DNA from: Gemmatimonadota bacterium
Lineage (GTDB): Bacteria; Gemmatimonadota; Gemmatimonadetes; Palauibacterales; Palauibacteraceae
Assembly: GCA_039588275.1 (NCBI GenBank)
Contig: JBDHAC010000068.1
Span: forward strand, 1 to 41,896
Length of the DNA stretch: 41,896 bases
Direction: 5' to 3'
Made by a program: the position numbers and the translations under genes. This document shows, piece by piece, positions 9,909-18,781 of this stretch. The notes beneath the pieces are model-generated. The model searched no databases and was not told where the DNA came from. It saw only the letters and a program-made list of their open reading frames with translations. The first letter of the stretch is position 1. The number at the start of each line of letters is the position of its first letter.

Positions 9909-11023
9909 GCTCCCGGCGCATCACCATCCTCGCGGGCCTCGCCCTGTCCGCGGCCCTCCTGTGGTGGGCTCTGCGCGACGTGTCCTTCGCGGAGCTCTGG
10001 ACCCACCTCCGGAGCGCGAACCCGTGGTTCCTCCTCGCCATGACCGCGGCGGCCACGGGGACGTTCGTGCTCCGCGCGCTCCGGTGGCAGGTACTCCTCC
10101 GGCCGACGGCAGCGGACCTCGGGTTCCGTTCACGCTTCGCCGCCGTGTGCATCGGCTTCATGGCGAACAACCTTCTGCCGGCACGACTGGGAGAGTTTGC
10201 ACGCGCCTACTCGCTCTCCCGCATCGAACCGGTGGGGATGAGCGCTGCGTTCGCCTCGCTCGTTGTCGAGCGTCTGCTGGACGCGCTGGTGCTCGTCACC
10301 TTCCTGCTCCCGGCGCTGCTTCTACCCGGAGGTGGTGGGAGCGCCGGACCTGTGAGCCTGCAGCAGATCGCCATCACCGCCATGGTGATCATAGCCATGG
10401 GATTCCTCGTCCTCGGGATCCTCGTTCGGTTCCCCAATTGGTTTCTCCGTCTCGCCGAGCGCTGGACACACCGACTGATGCCCCGGCGCGGGGCCGATAG
10501 GGTCACGGGGATGCTGGCTTCGTTCATCGCCGGTCTCGGCTCGCTCCGGCACGCGCACGTGTTCGCGCAGGCGATCGCCTGGTCGTTCGTGGTGTGGCTG
10601 TGGAACGGGATGTCGTTCTATCTGGGATTCCTCGCCTTCGGTATCCGGGGACCGGGCATCGGTGGAGCGCTCCTCCTGCAATCGCTCATCGGGTTCGCCG
10701 TCTCGATACCATCCAGCCCCGGCTTCTTCGGGCCGTTCGAGGCGGCGGCGCGGGTCGCGCTGTCGATCTACAGCATCGCCCCGGCGCGGACCATCAGCTT
10801 CGCAGCCGGCTATCACATCCTGACGTTCATCCCGGTGACGTTGATGGGTCTGTGGTACATGCACAGACTCGGGATCACCCGAGACGAGCTCGGCCACAGC
10901 GAGGAATACGTCGAGGCGGCGGTGGACTCGGGGGACGGGGGCGCGGGGGACGGGGGCGCGGACCCGGGTAGCGGAGTTACCACGGGAGCGAAAGAAGCGG
11001 AGGGGATCGACGGAAGCGCATGA
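9905..11023 (+). CDS. Lysylphosphatidylglycerol synthase TM-domain / UPF0104 flippase-like membrane protein
   Basis: [50 protein letters not shown], multiple TM helices. Start inferred as CTG at 9905 overlapping the pdxJ TGA, with GGAG at 9894-9897. Confidence 0.88.
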   Translation: MSSRRITILAGLALSAALLWWALRDVSFAELWTHLRSANPWFLLAMTAAATGTFVLRALRWQVLLRPTAADLGFRSRFAAVCIGFMANNLLPARLGEFARAYSLSRIEPVGMSAAFASLVVERLLDALVLVTFLLPALLLPGGGGSAGPVSLQQIAITAMVIIAMGFLVLGILVRFPNWFLRLAERWTHRLMPRRGADRVTGMLASFIAGLGSLRHAHVFAQAIAWSFVVWLWNGMSFYLGFLAFGIRGPGIGGALLLQSLIGFAVSIPSSPGFFGPFEAAARVALSIYSIAPARTISFAAGYHILTFIPVTLMGLWYMHRLGITRDELGHSEEYVEAAVDSGDGGAGDGGADPGSGVTTGAKEAEGIDGSA

Positions 11024-11943
11024 CCCTCCCCGCGCACGCCAAAGTCAACCTCCGGCTTCGCGTATTCTCGCGAGACGAGGGTGGCTACCACACCCTCGAG
11101 ACCATCTTCCTGCGCCTGGATCTCCACGACACCGTCGAGATCTCCGAATCCGACCGGGGAATGGCTCTCGAGCTGGAGGGAGATGCCGCAGCGGGGATTC
11201 CCGAGGGGCCCGACAACCTTTGTTGGCGGGCGGCGGCGGCATTCCAGAGCGCCGTCGGAGAGCGGGCCGGCCTTCTGATTCGGTTGCACAAGAGGATTCC
11301 GGCCGGCGCGGGTCTGGGTGGAGGCAGCGCCGATGCGGCGGCGGTGCTCAGGTTCCTGAACCAGCGGGCCCGGCGGCCACTGAGCGAAGCGGAGCTCCTG
11401 CGACTCGGGGGACAGCTCGGGAGTGACGTCCCGTTCGCGCTGCTCGGGGTCCCGATGGCGCTGGGTTGGGAACGCGGTCGTCGCTTGCTCCCGCTCCAGC
11501 CCCCGTCGCCGCGGTCTGGCCTCGTGCTCGTTCCCCGGCTGCACGTGGCGACTCGAGACGCGTACGCGTGGCTGCGCGAGCACCGTCGCGCTTCGACCGG
11601 CCCGACGACCGACGCGGCCGTCGCCTCGATAGGGCGGGAGCTGGAGTCCGAGGCCGGAGTATTGCCGGGTGCGAGACGGCTCGCGGAGTGGGAGACGCTC
11701 GCGCGGCTGGCGCAAAACGACTTCGAGCGGCCGCTGTTCGCCCGTCATCCCGAGCTGGAGGATTGCCGTCAGGCGTTGCGCGAGGCGGGGGCGATCGTGG
11801 CGCAAGTGACGGGTTCGGGCTCTGCCCTGTTCGGCGTGTTCCATGACTCGTCGACCCGGGCGGATGCAGCCGATCGAATGCGGCGAAGCGGGTTCGATCG
11901 CGAGTCCGGCTGGCTCGTCTTGGAGGCCAGGCTTCCGGTATAG
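11020..11943 (+). CDS. ispE: 4-diphosphocytidyl-2-C-methyl-D-erythritol kinase
   Basis: AHAKVNLRL, GYHTLETIF, KRIPAGAGLGGGSADAAA, LGSDVPF, NDFE, TGSGSALFG. Confidence 0.96.
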   Translation: MTLPAHAKVNLRLRVFSRDEGGYHTLETIFLRLDLHDTVEISESDRGMALELEGDAAAGIPEGPDNLCWRAAAAFQSAVGERAGLLIRLHKRIPAGAGLGGGSADAAAVLRFLNQRARRPLSEAELLRLGGQLGSDVPFALLGVPMALGWERGRRLLPLQPPSPRSGLVLVPRLHVATRDAYAWLREHRRASTGPTTDAAVASIGRELESEAGVLPGARRLAEWETLARLAQNDFERPLFARHPELEDCRQALREAGAIVAQVTGSGSALFGVFHDSSTRADAADRMRRSGFDRESGWLVLEARLPV

Positions 11944-12004
11944 GTGATCGCCGGATGGCCGCGAGTCCGCGGTCGGTGCACGTGTGAGCCGGCGCCGGCC
12001 AGGT

Positions 12005-12032
12005 TTGACGGTCAACACGATCTGATTACATC
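12005..12032 (+). promoter_or_regulatory. Possible sigma70-type promoter for tRNA-Gln
   Basis: TTGACG at 12005-12010 followed by an AT-richer TGATTACATC stretch; the -10 match is imperfect. Confidence 0.4.
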
Positions 12033-12040
12033 TTGCCGTC

Positions 12041-12106
12041 GCTGGCCTACGTCGTTGGCCTACGTGGCTGGCCTACGTGGCTGGCCTTCGGCGCTGGCCC
12101 CTCGTC
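12041..12106 (+). repeat. 13-bp tandem repeat (consensus GCTGGCCTACGTS): four copies plus a fifth overlapping the tRNA 5' end
   Basis: Units: 12041 gctggcctacgtc; 12054 gttggcctacgtg; 12067 gctggcctacgtg; 12080 gctggccttcggc; 12093 gctggcccctcgtc. Confidence 0.9.
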
Positions 12107-12165
12107 TAATGGCAAGACCCCGGCCTTTGGAGCCGGTAATCCAGGTTCGAATCCTGGGGGGCCAA
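12095..12165 (+). tRNA. tRNA-Gln (anticodon TTG), CCA not encoded
   Basis: Acceptor TGGCCCC/GGGGCCA; D arm GTC-TAATGGCAA-GAC; anticodon arm CCGGC-CT TTG GA-GCCGG (anticodon 12127-12129); T arm CCAGG-TTCGAAT-CCTGG; discriminator A at 12165, followed by CTCCC. Usual position downstream of ispE. Confidence 0.97.
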
Positions 12166-12333
12166 CTCCCGTCCGGCATCTCCCCAACGGCACGTCACTT
12201 GCCTTTCAGTGCCCTGATTCGGTTTATTGGCCCAAGACGGGTTGTGCGAAGAGGGTCCCGCCCTTCGGCCACACCGCCATGCAGGTCGCCGCAGGAGTCC
12301 GGCAGAGACCTGCCCAGAACAGCGAGACTGATC

Positions 12334-13524
12334 ATGCGCGGTTATCGGTCCGTACGAGCCCGTTCGCCGCACCATCTTGCCGGGTGGTGTGCAATCCTTG
12401 CTGTCTCGGCCGCGCTGTCGGCCTGCTCCGAAGACGCGATCACCCCCTTCCAGCCGGGTCCGGGTGCCCAGCCCGCCGTGTACTCGACGGTGGCCGCGGG
12501 AGGAGCGCACACCTGCGGGATCAGCGATCGGGGGAACTTCTGCTGGGGCGATGGTGGTGTCGGCCAGCTCGGCACGGGACTGCTCGACGATCGCCACATC
12601 CCGACTCAGATCGCCGGAGGCAGGACCCTCGCGTCCCTGAGCGGGGGGACCCTCCACACGTGCGCGGTGGCGACCGGCGGCGAGGCTTTCTGTTGGGGAG
12701 AGGGGGACGGTGGGCGGCTCGGGAACGGTCTGACGCAAGACTGGGTCACGCCGTCTCTCGTCTCCGAGACGCTACGGTTCACCCGGGTGAGCGCAGGCGA
12801 TACCCACACGTGTGGCATCGCCACGACCGGCGAGACGTACTGCTGGGGTGACGGATCCAACGGCCGTCTCGGGATCGGGAACGAGCTCGGCCGGGCGAAC
12901 CCCGCGCAGGTGCTGGGCGGCTTCACGTTCGATCAGATAAGCGCCGGGAAGGCGCACACGTGCGCCGTGACCGATGCCGGGGTGGCATACTGTTGGGGAG
13001 AGGGAGACGACGGCCGTCTGGGGACGGGCAACCCGATCGACCAGCTGGAGCCGACCGCGGTCTCGGGTGGCTTGACGTTCACCCACGTGAGCGCGGGGAC
13101 GCAGCACACGTGTGGAGTGACGGAGGCCGGCGACGTCTACTGCTGGGGGAACGGAGCGGACGGACGTCTGGGGACCGGGAGCGGCCTGGATCGAAACGAG
13201 CCGGCGATCGTGCCCGGCGGTCTTACCTTCGCTCTGGTCAGCGCCGGCGAAGCCCATACCTGTGCGGTGACGACGGATGGGGATGCGTACTGCTGGGGGG
13301 TGGGAGCCGACGGGCGCCTCGGCACCGGTAACGAGCTGGACCGCCTCGAGCCCGCGATCGTGACCGGCCACACCAGCTTCGTGACCGTGACGGTGGGAGC
13401 CGAGCACACTTGCGGTGTGTTGCAGGACGGCTCCGCGCTCTGCTGGGGGGTGGGAGCCGACGGGCGCCTCGGTACCGGCAACGAGGTAAACCGGCTCAAC
13501 GCCGCCCGCGTCGTCTCCGGGTAG
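12334..13524 (+). CDS. RCC1-repeat (BLIP-II-like) seven-bladed beta-propeller lipoprotein
   Basis: Signal peptide with lipobox LSAC, then seven ~50-aa repeats xAGxxHTC...CWGxGxxGRLG. ATG at 12334; the longer ORF from 11944 overlaps the tRNA. Confidence 0.9.
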   Translation: MRGYRSVRARSPHHLAGWCAILAVSAALSACSEDAITPFQPGPGAQPAVYSTVAAGGAHTCGISDRGNFCWGDGGVGQLGTGLLDDRHIPTQIAGGRTLASLSGGTLHTCAVATGGEAFCWGEGDGGRLGNGLTQDWVTPSLVSETLRFTRVSAGDTHTCGIATTGETYCWGDGSNGRLGIGNELGRANPAQVLGGFTFDQISAGKAHTCAVTDAGVAYCWGEGDDGRLGTGNPIDQLEPTAVSGGLTFTHVSAGTQHTCGVTEAGDVYCWGNGADGRLGTGSGLDRNEPAIVPGGLTFALVSAGEAHTCAVTTDGDAYCWGVGADGRLGTGNELDRLEPAIVTGHTSFVTVTVGAEHTCGVLQDGSALCWGVGADGRLGTGNEVNRLNAARVVSG

Positions 13525-13585
13525 GAAAGAGCCGACTCGACACCGCGCGGTGGACACCACCGCGCACCGACAGCTCATCGACTGG

Positions 13586-13615
13586 TTGGCCGGAGACGGC
13601 CACGCCCTCTAACAT
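13586..13615 (+). promoter_or_regulatory. Candidate promoter producing a leaderless transcript for the YyaL-like gene
   Basis: TTGGCC-18 nt-TAACAT; the -10 box ends 6 nt before the ATG at 13622 and there is no Shine-Dalgarno. Confidence 0.45.
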
Positions 13616-13621
13616 CCCACG

Positions 13622-15856
13622 ATGAGCACCGACCACGATGGCGTCCCGGCGGATGCTACCCGGCCTCGCACGAATCGCCTTGCGGGCGAGAAGAGCCCTT
13701 ACCTCCTCCAGCACGCCCATAACCCGGTGGAGTGGTATCCGTGGGGCGATGAGGCGTTCGAGACAGCACGCCTCGAGGACAAGCCGATCTTCCTCTCGAT
13801 CGGCTACTCCACGTGTCACTGGTGTCACGTGATGGAGCGCGAGTCCTTCGAGGACGACGAAGTGGCGGCGCTACTGAACGACCATTTCGTATCGATCAAG
13901 CTGGATCGCGAAGAGCGCCCCGACATCGATGGCGTGTACATGACCGTCTGTCAGCTCACCACCGGTCACGGGGGATGGCCGCTCACCGTCGTGATGACGC
14001 CGGACAAGAAGCCGTTCTTCGCGGGCACCTACTTTCCGAAGGAGAGCCGGGGCGGTCGGCTCGGGATGATCGACCTCCTGCCGCATCTGACCGGGCTGTG
14101 GAAGCAGCGCAGGAGCGAGGTGCTCCAGTCGGCGGAGTCGATACTCGCTGCCGTGCGAGAGGCCGAGCGTCCGGGGACACGCCGCGGATTGCCGTCGACT
14201 GCCGCGCAGATATCGACGGCCGGGACATCCCCGCTCGGCGAGGACACGTTGAGCCGGGGCTACGAGGAGCTGGCCGACCGCTTCGACCGGCTACAGGGTG
14301 GATTCGGGGGCGCCCCGAAATTCCCGACCCCGCACCAGTTCCTGTTCCTGCTCCGCTATCACGACCGAACCGGAGAGCCCCACGCCCTGGAGATGGTCGA
14401 GAAGACGCTACATGCCATGCGGCGGGGTGGGGTCTTCGACCACATCGGGTTCGGCTTCCACCGCTACTCGACCGATGCGCGGTGGCTCCTCCCCCATTTC
14501 GAGAAGATGCTTTATGACCAGGCGATCCTCGCGATGGCGTACACCGAGACGTGGCTGGTCACGAAGCACACCGAGTATCGCCGGGTCGCAGAGGAAATCC
14601 TCGCGTACGTCCTTCGCGACATGACGCACCCGGCCGGCGGCTTCTATTCCGCCGAGGACGCAGACAGCGAGGGTCGCGAGGGTAAGTTCTACCTGTGGAC
14701 CGTGGATGAGCTGGAGGAGATCCTGGAAGACGAAGACGCGGCACTCGTCCGGCGCGTCTACAATCTCGAGAGGCGAGGGAACTTCGCCGATGAGGTGACC
14801 GGGAAGCGCAGCGGCGAGAACATCCCCCACCTGCGGAAGTCGCTCGCGGAGATCGCCCGGGAGCTCGTCGAGGGCGGGCAACTCTCCGCCGGTTCCGGTG
14901 AGGCGGAAGGGGCGCTGCGGGCCCGCCTCGAGCGAGCTCGCACGATGCTTTTCGGGGCTCGCGAGTCCCGTATCCACCCACTGAAGGATGACAAGATCCT
15001 CACCGATTGGAACGGCCTCATGATCGCCGCCATGGCCATGGCGGGACGGACGTTCGCGGAGATCGGGTACACGCAGGCGGCGGAGCGCGCGGCCGGGTTC
15101 CTGCTCGAAACCCTGCGGGATGAAAGAGGGAGGTTGCTGCACCGGTATCGCGACGGCGAGGCGGCCATCCAGGCCACCGCGGCGGACTATGCGTTCCTCG
15201 TCTGGGGCCTGATCGAGTTGTACGAGGCGACCTTCGAGCCAAGCTGGCTCGCCGAATCGCTCCGCCTGCACCAGGAACTGGTTGACCGCACCTGGGACGG
15301 GGATGCCGCCGGCTTCTTCACCGCAGCGGCCGACGCCTCGGATCTGCCCGTCCGGCAGAAAGAGGTCTACGACGGTGCCACACCATCCGCAAATGCGGTC
15401 GCCTGGTACAATACCCTGCGGCTCGCGCGCCTCACTGGAGAACCATCTCTCGAGGAGCTGGCGGCCCGACAGGAAGCTGCCTTCGCCCGCACCATCCTCC
15501 GCATGCCGTCCGCGTACACGATGTGGCTGATGGCCCTGGACTTCCGAGTCGGGCCCTCGCACGAGGTCGTGATCGCCGCCCCCGGTCCAATCGCGGGCAC
15601 GGGCGACAAGGGCGATGACCTTGCAGGGACGGCGGCACTAATTGACGCGCTGCGAGCCCGATTCCTTCCACGCACCGTGATGCTGGGGAAGTCCGGCAGC
15701 AAAGACGGCGATGAAATCACCCGACTGGCGCCGTTCGTAGCCGGCCACACACCCGTCGACGAGCAGGCCGCTGCCTTCGTGTGCACGGACTTCGCCTGTC
15801 AGGCTCCGGTCACCGGCCCCGGTGCGCTGCTTCGCGCGCTCGATCTCGAGGACTGA
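13622..15856 (+). CDS. Thioredoxin-domain protein, YyaL/DUF255 (SPATA20-like) family with an (alpha/alpha)6 glycosidase-like domain
   Basis: [84 protein letters not shown]. Confidence 0.95.
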   Translation: MSTDHDGVPADATRPRTNRLAGEKSPYLLQHAHNPVEWYPWGDEAFETARLEDKPIFLSIGYSTCHWCHVMERESFEDDEVAALLNDHFVSIKLDREERPDIDGVYMTVCQLTTGHGGWPLTVVMTPDKKPFFAGTYFPKESRGGRLGMIDLLPHLTGLWKQRRSEVLQSAESILAAVREAERPGTRRGLPSTAAQISTAGTSPLGEDTLSRGYEELADRFDRLQGGFGGAPKFPTPHQFLFLLRYHDRTGEPHALEMVEKTLHAMRRGGVFDHIGFGFHRYSTDARWLLPHFEKMLYDQAILAMAYTETWLVTKHTEYRRVAEEILAYVLRDMTHPAGGFYSAEDADSEGREGKFYLWTVDELEEILEDEDAALVRRVYNLERRGNFADEVTGKRSGENIPHLRKSLAEIARELVEGGQLSAGSGEAEGALRARLERARTMLFGARESRIHPLKDDKILTDWNGLMIAAMAMAGRTFAEIGYTQAAERAAGFLLETLRDERGRLLHRYRDGEAAIQATAADYAFLVWGLIELYEATFEPSWLAESLRLHQELVDRTWDGDAAGFFTAAADASDLPVRQKEVYDGATPSANAVAWYNTLRLARLTGEPSLEELAARQEAAFARTILRMPSAYTMWLMALDFRVGPSHEVVIAAPGPIAGTGDKGDDLAGTAALIDALRARFLPRTVMLGKSGSKDGDEITRLAPFVAGHTPVDEQAAAFVCTDFACQAPVTGPGALLRALDLED

Positions 15857-15968
15857 GAACAGCCGGTCCTCACTCGGCCCCGCGTGTGACACGCCGCCGC
15901 CCACGTTGGTCAGCCAACAGGAATCCACAGGCGATTCTTCGGTGACCGGCGTTCGGCTCCCTGACATC

Positions 15969-16020
15969 GGCGCCCGAGACCTGCGCCACGGCGCCCGAGA
16001 CCTGCGCCACGGCGCTCGAG
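15969..16020. repeat. 21-bp direct tandem repeat GGCGCCCGAGACCTGCGCCAC x2 plus a partial third copy
   Basis: Exact copies at 15969-15989 and 15990-16010; partial GGCGCTCGAG at 16011-16020. Confidence 0.9.
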
Positions 16021-16166
16021 TCGGGACATCAACCGGCAAGCCGTGTACCTTAGACAGGGAGATCGCGAGGCGAGACTCGAACGTGGGTGTCGCTGCTGTG
16101 GTAGGCGATTGCTGTCGGTCAGACAGATCATCCACGGTTCCCAGCAGGCCGCGGCCGGCCGGGGGC

Positions 16167-18538
16167 GTGCGGTTCTCCACACTCCTCCTCCTCCTCCTCC
16201 TGCTACTCCTACTCCTCACCAGCTCGAGGCTCGCCGCGCAGGAGGTGCGTGGGATTGCGGTGGAAGCGGGCAGCGCGAGGCCGATCGCCGGCGCCTTCGT
16301 GAGCCTCCTGAATCAGTCCCGGGACGCGACCGCCTCGACGCTCACCGGCCCGGACGGCGCGTTCGTCTTGGAGGCCCCGCGGCCGGGTCGATTCACGCTC
16401 AGGGTCGAGCGCATCGGGTACGAGACGTGGACCTCGGAGCCGTTCGATCTCGTGACCCGGACGACTATCGCGCGGCAGTTGGACGTGCCGGTGCTTCCCG
16501 TGAACCTGGAGTCGCTCACGGTCTCGGTGGAGTCCGAATGCGGTCTGCGCCCGGGCACGGGCGAGGAGTTGCTCCAGGCCTGGGATGAAGTGCGGAAGGC
16601 GCTCGATGTGAGCGTGTGGACCGAGGAGCCGGGCCGCATCCAGTTCGAGCTCCGGACCTGGACGCGGCAACTGGACGTGGCCGCGCGGGTCGCCCGCAGT
16701 CAGGAAAGCCGCAGCTCGTGGAAAACGGGTCGGAGCTCGTTCGTGAGCCCGCCCGCAGAGGTCCTGGCCGACTTCGGATTCGTGCAACCGGATGGCGAGG
16801 GCTCGCACATCTTCTTCGGTCCCGAGTTTGGGGGCGTGAAGAGCACGACGAGCTGATCGGGCTCGCGTTCGACCCGATACACCGGGGTGAGACCCCCAGG
16901 GTGGAAGGGGTCCTGTGGCTGGACCCGGCCACGGGCGAGCTGCGCGATCTGGAGTTCGAGTTCGTCGACCTGAATCTCGTGGGCTACCCACGCGAGTACA
17001 GGGCATGGGGCCAAGCGTGGTTCAGACGCCTGCCGCCGGGGATCTGGGTGGTATCTCGGTGGTGGATCCGGACTCCGGTCATCCGCGTGAGCATCCGTGG
17101 GACGACGCTGCACGGCTATCGCGAGGACGGGGGCGAAGTCACCCGACTGGAGCTCGCGGACGGGAGCACGATCGATCTGACCGAGCGCGGGACGCTCTCG
17201 GGGTATGCGGCGGATGGGATATCGGGTGGCGCTCTGGGAGGGGCGGCGGTCTACCTGGTGGGTACCGGATACGTGACGACCACGGACGCGGTGGGGCGCT
17301 TCCGGTTCGATCTGGTTCCGGAAGGCCGGTACGTGCTCAACTTCCGCCACCCGGATCCCCACCTCGACGGCATGGAGGGCCCCTCGCGGGAAGTACACAT
17401 CGGGGGAGGTGAGCCCACCTCAGTGCGCCTGGACTTCAGGTCCGAATGGGCCGTGGATCGCTTGTGTTCGGGCGAAACGCCGAGCAGCGATGGGGAACCG
17501 ATCCATCGCGCCGCGCTCCTGGGCCGCGTGCGGGAGGCCGAGACCGGCGATGCGGTCCCCGAAGCGGTCGTGTGGTTGAGGCCCCGGGACGGTGTCGAGC
17601 CTTCGCCCATACAGGCTGACAGCACCGGCATGTTCCTGGTGTGCGGTCTCGGCCCGCCCGGTCCGGCGTCGCTCCAGGCGGCGGCCGAGGGCCGGCTCTC
17701 CGACACGGTGTGGGTGGTCCTCCCCGAGAGCGGGCTCGTGCTCCAGGACGTGGAGCTGTCGGCCGCTAGCGCGGCCGGGGCGGCCCCGCAGATCCAGGCC
17801 GCGGTATCGCTTCGCGGAACCGTCCGCTCGGCCGAGACCGACGAGCCTGTGCCCGGTGCGCTCGTCAGACTCCTGGGAACCGAGTTCGAGCAGGTCACGG
17901 GTGAGGGCGGGGCATTCGCGATGCTCGGCGTGCCGCGCGGGCAGTACCGCATGATCACGGAGCACCTCGGTATGGTGTCGGATACCGCGAACGTGGACCT
18001 GACCGAGGGTTCCCTGCATCTCGCGCTGCTGACGCTCGACACGCGCCCCGTGCCTCTCCCCGCCCTCGACGTCGAGATCGAGCGCGCGTTCGCCAACCCC
18101 AGGATCGCCGGCTTCTACCGGCGTATGGAGCGAGGTCTGGGCGACTTCATCACGCGGGAGAACCTCGAGGCCCGGGACGTCCTCAGCAACTTCCGCCGCC
18201 TGCCCAACGTGCAGATCGCGCAGTGCGCATCCGGCGGGGTGCGGGTGCCGGACTGCTGGGACATAGAGATCGCGAGGGGAGCCTTCGCCGATGCGCTCCG
18301 TGGCGGGCGACGGTGTCGGCCGCTCATCTACATCGACGGACACCTGCTTTCGGGCCAGGCGCAGGATGCGTCGAGTGAATTCCCCGGAGAGAACCCGTTC
18401 TCGCAGCTTCAGAGGTACCCTCGGCACGGGATCGAGGGAATCGAGGTGTACCGGAATCCTGCCGCAGCGCCGGCCCAGTACCGGATGCTGGGCGACGCGT
18501 GCGGGATCGTGCTCGTGTGGACCGGAAGGCGCTCCTAG
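16167..18538 (+). pseudogene. Secreted protein with several CarboxypepD_reg-like domains and a C-terminal TonB-plug-like domain, frameshifted near 16830
   Basis: Frame from GTG 16167 gives a poly-Leu signal peptide and GIAVEAGSARPIAGAFVSL...RVERIGY, and stops at 16856. The -1 frame continues REEHDELIGLAFDP...EGVLWLD, three more CarboxypepD_reg-like units, then GFYRRMERGLGDFITRE...PLIYIDG...IEGIEVYR...CGIVLVWT. May be an assembly indel instead of a true lesion. Confidence 0.75.
16182..16217 (+). repeat. (CTC)6-led trinucleotide tract encoding 12 consecutive Leu in a signal peptide
   Basis: ctc x6, ctg, cta, ctc, cta, ctc, ctc. Confidence 0.85.
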
Positions 18539-18556
18539 CCGATCGAGGTAACAGAC

Positions 18557-18781
18557 ATGTCGTCCAAACGCCCCCACAGAATCGCGCGAGCGCTCGGGCT
18601 GCTTGGACTCCTGCTGCTCCTGCTCACCCTGTGTGCCGGCCCGCTTACCGGTCAGGGCGCAGGCGGCACTGTCGTCGAAGCGGATACGGCCCGCTCGATC
18701 GAGGGCGCGTTCGTGACGGTCGTGGACGAGGGCGGGAGGCTAGCTGAGCGCGGCTACCCCCCGGTGTACACGATCCGATAG
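18557..18781 (+). pseudogene. Truncated paralog of the preceding gene (signal peptide plus start of a CarboxypepD_reg-like domain)
   Basis: SD GAGG upstream; signal peptide; GTVVEADTARSIEGAFVTVVDEGGR matches GIAVEAGSARPIAGAFVSLLNQSR. Similarity ends near 18740, where the frame runs into the 3' end of the opposite-strand gene. Confidence 0.7.

Noticed and set aside
10931..10960. 15-bp duplication GGGGACGGGGGCGCG at the 3' end of the UPF0104 gene
   Set aside because: It encodes a low-complexity GDGGA tail, ordinary slippage with no sign of function.
12041..12106. Possible CRISPR or mini-array
   Set aside because: Units are 13 bp and contiguous, with no spacers and no cas genes.
12294..12314. 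GAGTCCGGCAGAGACCTGCC, and GAGACCTGC in the 15969 repeat, resembling the cobalamin riboswitch B12 box
   Set aside because: The upstream core elements (GGGAA, GCCACTG-type segments) are not recognisable, and spacing differs from consensus.
11944..12333. N-terminal extension of the RCC1 ORF containing SLAYVAGL-type repeats
   Set aside because: It overlaps the tRNA-Gln gene and its leader repeat. The lipoprotein signal points to ATG 12334.
13291..13485. Near-identical repeat pair as a DGR template/variable repeat
   Set aside because: Both copies are in-frame propeller blades, the differences are C/T rather than adenine-specific, and there is no reverse transcriptase in the window.
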